Source: Eledone cirrhosa (Eukaryota). Taken from it: DNA of 64,000 bases. The notes beneath the pieces are model-generated. The model saw nothing but the letters and a program-made list of their open reading frames with translations. It did no database searches and was not told where the DNA came from. The DNA is taken from assembly GCA_964016885.1 (NCBI GenBank), contig OZ024753.1:9610001-9674000 (forward strand), read 5' to 3'. The stretch's first letter is position 1. Every line of letters starts with the position of its first letter. Below are positions 55,171 through 64,000 of the stretch, piece after piece. Made by a program: the position numbers and the translations under genes.

Positions 55171-55189
55171 TATAATATAATAAAAATAA

Positions 55190-55440
55190 TAATATCCCTA
55201 CAGACGACAATATGTCTACTAAGGAAATGAAAGTATCCAAATATAAAGATCTAGAGATAGAAATATCCTGAATGTGGATGTTGAGGACAAAAACAATACC
55301 TATAATTATAGGTGCTCTGGGAATGATAAAAAAAACACACAGACAGATGCATAACCAAAACCCCAAGACTTACAAATATATGCAGCATACAAAGATAGCA
55401 CTACTAGGTACTGTATATATATTATATAGAGTACCACAGG
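55190..55440 (+). pseudogene. C-terminus of a restriction-like-endonuclease non-LTR retrotransposon (R4/Dong-like)
   Basis: SKYKDLEIEI.*MW....IPIIIGALG..KIALLGT. Confidence 0.7.
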
Positions 55441-56583
55441 ACTTACAAATATATACAGCATACAAAGATAGCACTACTAGGTACTGTATATATATTATAT
55501 AGAGTACCCCAGGACTTACAAATATATACAGCATACAAAAGATAGCACTACTAGGTACTGTATATATATTATATAGAGTACTCCAGGACTTACAAATATA
55601 TAGAGCATACAAAAGATACCACTACTAGGTACTGTATATATATTATATAGAGTACCACAGGACTTACAAATATATACAGCATACAAAAGATAGCACTACT
55701 AGGTACTGTGTATATATTATATAGAGTACTCCAGGACTTACAAATATATAGAGCATACAAAAGATAGCACTACTAGGTACTGTATATATATTATATAGAG
55801 TACCCCAGGACTTACAAATATATACAGCATACAAAAGATACCACTATTAGGTACTGTATATATATTATATAGAGTACCACAGGACTTACAAATATATACA
55901 GCATACAAAAGATACCACTATTAGGTACTGTATATATATTATATAGAGTACCCCAGGACTTACAAATATATACAACATACAAAAGATACCACTATTAGGT
56001 ACTGTATATATATTATATAGAGTACCCCAGGACTTACAAATATATACAGCATACAAAAGATACCACTATTAGGTACTGTATATATATTATATAGAGTACC
56101 CCAGGACTTACAAATATATACAGCATACAAAAGATACCACTATTAGGTACTGTATATATATTATATAGAGTACCCCAGGACTTACAAATATATACAACAT
56201 ACAAAAGATACCACTATTAGGTACTGTATATATATTATATAGAGTACCCCAGGACTTACAAATATATACAGCATACAAAAGATACCACTATTAGGTACTG
56301 TATATATATTATATAGAGTACTCCAGGACTTACAAATATATACAGCATACAGTAGATAGCACTACTAGGTACTGTATATATATTATATAGAGTACCACAG
56401 GACTTACAAATATATACAGCATACAAAAGATACCACTATTAGGTACTGTATATATATTATATAGAGTACCCCAGGACTTACAAATATATACAGCATACAA
56501 AAGATACCACTATTAGGTACTGTATATATATTATATAGAGTACCACAGGACTTACAAATATATACAAATATATACAACATACA
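55362..56583 (+). repeat. 74-bp minisatellite, about 16 copies
   Basis: Unit CCAGGACTTACAAATATATACAGCATACAAAAGATACCACTATTAGGTACTGTATATATATTATATAGAGTACC. Confidence 0.95.
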
Positions 56584-56584
56584 A

Positions 56585-57505
56585 ATTACCCAGTACATTA
56601 CTGGTACTTTATTTTATCGACCCCGTAAGGATGAAAGGCAAAGTTAATCTCGGCAGGATTTGAACTCAGACCATAAAGGGCCATAACTCTATGCTGCAAA
56701 GAATGGTGCCCGACTCTCTATCAATACTGCCAATCCACTGCCCTAACAATAATAATAATAATGGTTTCTGATTTTGGCACAAGGTCAACAATTTTGGGGG
56801 AGGGAAAAGTTGATTAAATTTAGGCTTGGTTTCTATGGTTAGATGCCCTTGCTACCACCAACCACTTTACAGTGAGGCCTTGTTGTTTTTTATCATGTCA
56901 CCAACACAACCACTTTAGAGAGTACTGGGTGTTTTTTATCATATCACCATAAAATATTATAGTCAGGTATACATTCTGAGTTCAAATCATTTTTTTTTTT
57001 TCGCTTGTTTATTTTCTTTTTTTGCAGGAAGATGTTTTTTTTTTGTTTTTTTTTCCTTTTCCTATTTTCAAATATTCAAAAAATAATTGTTTCTACTTTA
57101 GGCACAAGGCCAGCAATATTAAAAAAATAATTGTTTCTACTATTGGCACAAGGCCAGAAATTACCCAGTACATTACTGGTACTTTATTTTATCGACCCTG
57201 TAAGGGTGAAAGGCAAAGTTAACCTCGGCGGGATTTGAACTCAGAATGGCAAGGGCCGTAACTCTATGCGTCAAAGCATGGCGTCCGACCCTCTACTGAT
57301 ACTGCCAATCCACCGCCCAATAATTTTTTCTACTTTAGGCACAAGGCCAGCAATTACCCAGTGCATTACTGGTACTTTATTTTATCGACCCCGTAAGGAT
57401 GAAAGGCAAAGTCAACCTCGGCGGGATTTGAACTCAGATCGTAAAGGGACGTAACTCTATGCTGGAAAACATGGTGTCCGACCCTCTACCGATACTGCCA
57501 ATCCA
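56585..57505 (-). mobile_element. Cluster of SINE family C copies and fragments
   Basis: Meta-like blocks at about 56585-56745, 57128-57318 and 57322-57505. Confidence 0.8.
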
Positions 57506-57868
57506 TCACCGAAGAATAAAAATTATAAGAAGAAATATAATAATAAAATAAAATAATAATTCCTTTCCGTTTAAGATTGTGTTAAGTCAACTAATGATAG
57601 AGAAGAATTGTTTTTGTTTTATTTAATTTTTCAAACTATAAAAGACAACTTTCCCTAGACATGGTGGAGACAGAAAAGAAATTGGGGAAAATGGTTGAAA
57701 AAATATTTTAAAAAAACATGAGAAAATTTTCGAAAATATTGCAATCACAAATATATTTCAGGAGTAACATTCCATATTACAAAGACTTTGTATTTGATGG
57801 TTTGACACTGGTTTTACACATTCACGCATACAAGCATGCACGCTCACATACACACATACAGACATTCT

Positions 57869-57900
<32 letters not shown>

Positions 57901-57937
57901 CGCACAGACACACACATTCTCATTCTCGCTCATGTAT

Positions 57938-57995
<58 letters not shown>

Positions 57996-58021
57996 TCATT
58001 TTAGGTCCGCTTTACCCTGAT

Positions 58022-58065
<44 letters not shown>

Positions 58066-58107
58066 CGCACACACACATTTTCACTCTCTCTCATATATAT
58101 ATATATT

Positions 58108-58141
<34 letters not shown>

Positions 58142-58641
58142 TTCTCACTCGTTCTCTCTCATATATATATATATATATATACACATGCACGCACGCATTC
58201 TCATTCTCTCTCATATGTGTATATATATATATATATACACAAGCACTCACACACATACTCACTCTCTCTGATATGTATATATATACACACACATTCACAC
58301 ACATGTAAAAAGGTTAAAAAAAAAAAAGAACTTAATAGAAATATCTTTTCCATGTTAAAAGTACATTTTCTGGAATATTAGATATGGAATAAAAAATTTA
58401 AAAAAAGAAATAATAAAATTTATTTAGAAATAAAAAAAAATAATCACATAATCTAGTGTAGTTAAATGATGATTGTGTGTGTGTGTGTGTGGGGGGGGGG
58501 GGTGTAAGTGAACATGTAGTATTTTACAGAGCCCTGGGGGACATGAATGTAACTGAAAGTATAATTATTGTTTATTTTTTTATTATATATATATATATAT
58601 ATATATATGTGTATGTATATATATATATATGTGTATATATA

Positions 58642-58723
<82 letters not shown>

Positions 58724-58939
58724 TATAAATATATATGCATACACACACACACACATATATATGCATACACACATATATATATGCATATACACACACACAT
58801 ATATATATATGCATATACACACATATATATATATATGCATATAAACACATATATGCATACACACACACACATGCATATACACACACATATATACATGCAT
58901 ACATACATATATATATATGTGTGTGTGTATGCATATATG

Positions 58940-59126
<187 letters not shown>

Positions 59127-59127
59127 G

Positions 59128-59340
<213 letters not shown>

Positions 59341-59599
59341 ATATATAATTATTTCCCTATAGTTGCATGTGTACAATGATTAACTGGTTAAAAACAATTG
59401 TTTTTACAAGAGGTTGCTCCTTTCTGCTACTAGCAATCCAACCATGAGATATGAGTGGAGTCTGTGTTTCTCCACATTTATGTTCTTCTGTTATGTAAAA
59501 TATGTCTTCTTCAGGGACATAATAGCACAATGGCTGTACGACAATCTATTTTATCTCTCTGTTCTTGTTAGTTTTGTAATTGCTGCCATTATTAACACA

Positions 59600-59955
59600 T
59601 GAGGGAAGTGCTCTCTTCCCAGCATTTTGTTGAAAGATGGGTGAGAGAAGCAAGAATGGCCCGAGTGAATGGGCCTACTCTGAGTATGTATCTGTAAATT
59701 AAAGGTGGAAAACTGGGAGAGGGCACTTGCCTTGGTGGTCAGGGTCATTGTGGCTTTTTACTGGGCTTTCTCCACAAATGTCCCTCCGAAGTCTCCCCCC
59801 TATTGGGGCATTTTTCATTGTTATTTTTTTGTTACATCCTCTGTTTTTGTTTTTTACACGCGGAAATGCCCATTTGTACCGTCCTGCATTGTCCTGCACT
59901 GTCCTTAATGTCTACTTTATGTAAACCCTTGTAGTTAATAGAGAAATCATTATTA
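59600..59955 (+). mobile_element. LINE 3' end (L1/Tx1-like, tentative)
   Basis: EVLSSQHFVERWVREARMARVNGPTLSM then UTR shared with 49635-49780. Confidence 0.5.
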
Positions 59956-60057
59956 ACACACTTTTCCATGCTGGCCTGTGTTGAACAGAAGGTTGCTCAT
60001 ACACAACTGCTTCCGGCTGGCTTTCTATGCTTGGATGTCCTTCCTAACGCCAACCAT

Positions 60058-61097
60058 ATTTACAGCATGGAGCGGATGCTTTTTGTCGTGTCACTAACAT
60101 GACCGCATTAAAGGGTGGGCTGGGTGCTTTTTGTCATGTCATCAACATGACCACATTACAGGGTGGACTAGGTGTTTTTTGTCATGTCATCAACATGACC
60201 ACTTTACAGGGTGGGCTGGGTGCTTTTTGTCATGTCATCAACATGACCACATTACAGGGTGGACTAGGTGTTTTTTGTCATGTCTTCAACATGACCACAT
60301 TAAAGGGTGGACTGTGTGCTTTTTGTCATGTCATCAACATGACCACTTTACAGGGTGGGCTGGTGCTTTTTGTCATGTCATCAACATGACCACATTACAG
60401 GGTGGACTAGGTGTTTTTTGTCATGTCTTCAACATGACCACATTAAAGGGTGGACTGGGTGCTTTTTGTCATGTCATCAACATGACCACTTTACAGGGTG
60501 GACAAGGTGTTTTTTGTCATGTCTTCAACATGACCACATTAAAGGGTGGACTGGGTGCTTTTTGTCATGTCATCAACATGACCACATTACAGGGTGGACT
60601 AGGTGTTTTTTGTCATGTCTTCAACATGACCACATTAAAGGGTGGACTGGGTGCTTTTTGTCATGTCATCAACATGACCACATTACAGGGTGGACTAGGT
60701 GTTTTTTGTCATGTCTTCAACATGACCACATTAAAGGGTGGACTGGGTGCTTTTTGTCATGTCATCAACATGACCACTTTACAGGGTGGACAAGGTGTTT
60801 TTTATCATGTCACCAACATGACCACTTTACTGGGTGGACTGAGTGCTTTTTGTCATGTCTTCAACATGACCACTTTACAGGGTGGACTAGGTGTTTTTTA
60901 TCATGTCACCAACATGACCACATTCCAAGGTGGATTGGGTGCTTTTTGTTTTGTCACCAACATGACCAGATTACAGGATGGACAGGGTGCTTATTATCAT
61001 GGCACCAACATGACCACTTTACAGTGTGGACTGGGTGTTTTTTTTTATCATGACCACTTTACAGGGTGGACTAGGTGCTTTCTATCATGGCACCAAA
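60058..61097 (+). repeat. 48-bp minisatellite, about 21 copies, with 96-bp dimer structure
   Basis: Alternating CTGGGTGCTTTTTGTCATGTCATC and CTAGGTGTTTTTTGTCATGTCTTC units; preceded by GGATGTCCTTCCTAACGCCAACC. Confidence 0.9.
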
Positions 61098-61167
61098 CCG
61101 ACAGGTTGGGCTGGTAACTTCAGGGGAATTAAATCAGGATTGTGCAAGATATTGAGGACAATGTTAC

Positions 61168-62130
61168 AATATAACCCCAACATGTTACATCCAATACTCT
61201 ATTGTCAACATATAACCCCCACATGTTACATCCAATAGTCTATAGTCAACATATAACCCCCACATGTTACATCCAATACTCTATTATCACTATATAACCC
61301 CCATACGTTACATCCAATAGACCATTGTCACTATATAGTCCCCACATGTTACATCCAATAGACCATTGTCACTATATAACCCCCACATGCTACAGCCAAT
61401 AGTCCATTGTCACTATAGAACCTCCACATGTTACAGCCAATAGACCATTGTCACTATATAACCCCCACATGCTACAGCCAATAGTCTATTGTCACTATAT
61501 AACCCCTACATGTTACAGCCAATAGTCTATTGTCACTATATAACCCCCCACATGTTACACCTAATAGTCTATTGTCCCTATATAACCCCCACATGTTACA
61601 GCCAATAGTCTATTGTCACTATATAACCCCCACATGTTACAGCCAATATTCTACTGTCACTATATAACCCCCAAATGTTACACCCAATACTATATTATCA
61701 CTATATAAGCCCCACATGTTACAGTCAATATTCAATTGTCACTATATAACCCCCACATGTTACATCCAATACTTTATTGTCACCATATAACCCCCACATG
61801 TTACATCCAATAGTCTATTATCACTATATAACCCCCACATGTTACATCCAATAGACCATTGTCACTATATAGTCCCCACATGTTACATCCAATAGTCCAT
61901 TGTCACTATATAGCCCCCACATGTTACATCCAATACTCCATTTTCACTATAGAACCTCCACATGTTACAGCCAATAGTCTATTGTCACTATATAACCCCC
62001 ACATGTTACACCCAATACTCTATTGTCACTATATAACCCCCACATGTTACACCCAATACTCTATTGTTACTATATAACCCTTACTTTTTACACCCAATAT
62101 TCTATTGTAACTACATCCAATAGTCTATTG
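61168..62130. repeat. 41-bp minisatellite, about 23 copies
   Basis: Unit TATAACCCCCACATGTTACATCCAATAGTCTATTGTCACTA. Confidence 0.95.
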
Positions 62131-62871
62131 TGCATTACTTATATGTATGTAACTCCCAGATGAAATAAGACATGTGATTTGTTCTGAGTTGAAATTCTAC
62201 CTTCAAGAGGAAATAAATAAATTTAGTAGAAGTTTAGTACTAAAAGGTGTTGAACTGAAAGACTTGTTAAGATGTTAGATTATCTTTAATATATGTATGA
62301 TGTACAGACACAAGCTAACAACTAGCCATTGAATATAGAAACCAGAAAACAGCAGAAACTGTTCGAAATATAGAAACATCATGAATGTATATGAGTTAAA
62401 CAATTATTTCTATATATGTGTAGGTGCCATGACAAAGAGCACCAAATCCACACTGTAAATTGGTTGTGTAAGTGTCGCGACAAAAAGCACCCAGCCCACA
62501 CAGTAAAGCAGTAATGTAGGTGTTACAATATAAAACACAAGAGAGAACACGTAATGAGCTAGAACACTAAGATAGAACACATTATGAACCAGAACTCTGA
62601 GTTAGAACATATACTACGCCAGAACAAATAGAACAAGGCTTTTCACCTGATTTTCTAGCTATTTACCAATTTGGTTCCTTTATATCCATACATACATACT
62701 TCCATCCATCCATACATACATCTGTATATACATACATTCATAAACCCATACATACATATATACATATATATATATACATATATAGGTAAGTTATTCAGGG
62801 CTGAATTGGAGGTAACCACAGTAAGTAAGGTACTCAATACATAGCAGAGTATAAAAGTTTTAATATAGAAG

Positions 62872-62922
62872 AGGTTCTACAGGACTAGAACTGTTTCATT
62901 CGTGAGAAATCATCAGGAATCT
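62872..62922 (-). ncRNA. Type I hammerhead motif (left arm)
   Basis: AGATTC-CTGATGA-TTTCTCACGAAT-GAAA-CAG(TTCTAGTC)CTG-TA-GAACCT. Confidence 0.8.
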
Positions 62923-62939
62923 GACTCAGAATCTGAGTC

Positions 62940-62990
62940 AGATTCCTGATGATTTCTCACGAATGAAACAGTTCCAGCCTTGTAGAATCT
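62940..62990 (+). ncRNA. Type I hammerhead motif (right arm)
   Basis: AGATTC-CTGATGA-TTTCTCACGAAT-GAAA-CAG(TTCCAGCC)TTG-TA-GAATCT. Confidence 0.85.
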
Positions 62991-63360
62991 CTTCTATATT
63001 AAAACTTATATATATATATATATATATACAGACACACAGTACTTATAACTTCACCAGACCCACCCAGAACAAAAAAAAAGAGGAACATTTACTAAATAAT
63101 AATGATAATAATAATAATAAAAATCAAAAATTAGATGTATATCACTGGAAAGTTATTTCAGTATATAAAGAGGAACTATTCTTCCATTTGTCTTGAAATG
63201 CAGAATAAAATTGTATCTGCTCAGTAAATATACACCTTGTCTCCAACATTATCCTTCTTGTGGAATGGAAAGAAATAACTTCATTTTGGTCTTTCTTTGA
63301 TTTTTTTTTTGTTTTTTTTCTTTTACTTTTACATACTCCATATCCTTCGTTCTCCATCTT

Positions 63361-63394
<34 letters not shown>

Positions 63395-63482
63395 ATATAT
63401 ATATAGAGAGAGGGACATATACATATACACACATACATATATACACACATGCACACCTACATATGTACATATATACACACAT

Positions 63483-63550
<68 letters not shown>

Positions 63551-64000
63551 TATATATCTAAACATATACATATACATATACACACACACACATATACACA
63601 TGTACATACACACACATATATATATACTATATATCTAAACATATATATATATACATATATATATACATATATATATACATATATAGACACACACATACAC
63701 ACATACACATATATATATATATATATACTATATATCTAAACATATATATACATATATACATACACACATATATAGACATATATATACACATCCTTTATAT
63801 ATTGACTGTTTCAAAGACAAACCACAGTAGCTTGATATGATAGATAAAGGTGAAACTCTATCATTTACTTCAAGAGGGAGAGAAAGAAGAAATAACACAA
63901 AAAAGCTTTCTTATCCCATAACTAAGTCAGGTTAACTACACACACATATATGTATATATATTCACACACACACACACATACACACATATATATATATATA

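Larger units (their letters stand above)
62855..63007. repeat. 153-bp palindrome (1-nt loop at 62931)
   Basis: Arms are complementary with a few mismatches. Confidence 0.9.

Overview
Eukaryotic, AT-rich, microsatellite-saturated DNA with no recognisable host gene. The repeat repertoire suggests an octopus-like cephalopod intron or intergenic region (inference). Almost all ORFs in the track are translations of simple repeats. Real coding remnants are all transposon-derived: a 5'-truncated RTE LINE (RT plus PHD-like finger, 22932-24449), Penelope-like GIY-YIG elements (53269-54260, 11943-12164), two DD37D (maT-type) Tc1/mariner fragments and several LINE 3' ends. There are also three tRNA-derived SINE families, a piggyBac-type MITE and many minisatellites. 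The main hidden signal is RNA-level. I read 15 complete type I hammerhead ribozyme motifs (13 with CUGANGA, 2 with CCGAAGA) and several half or decayed ones. They occur as solo Penelope-type terminal repeats, as a 484-bp tandem retrozyme-like array, and as head-to-head fold-back palindromes with one ribozyme on each strand. A second theme is a 48-bp hairpin-bearing module from a LINE 3'UTR/SINE that has expanded independently into at least four minisatellite arrays. All calls were read by eye and coordinates may be off by a few bases.
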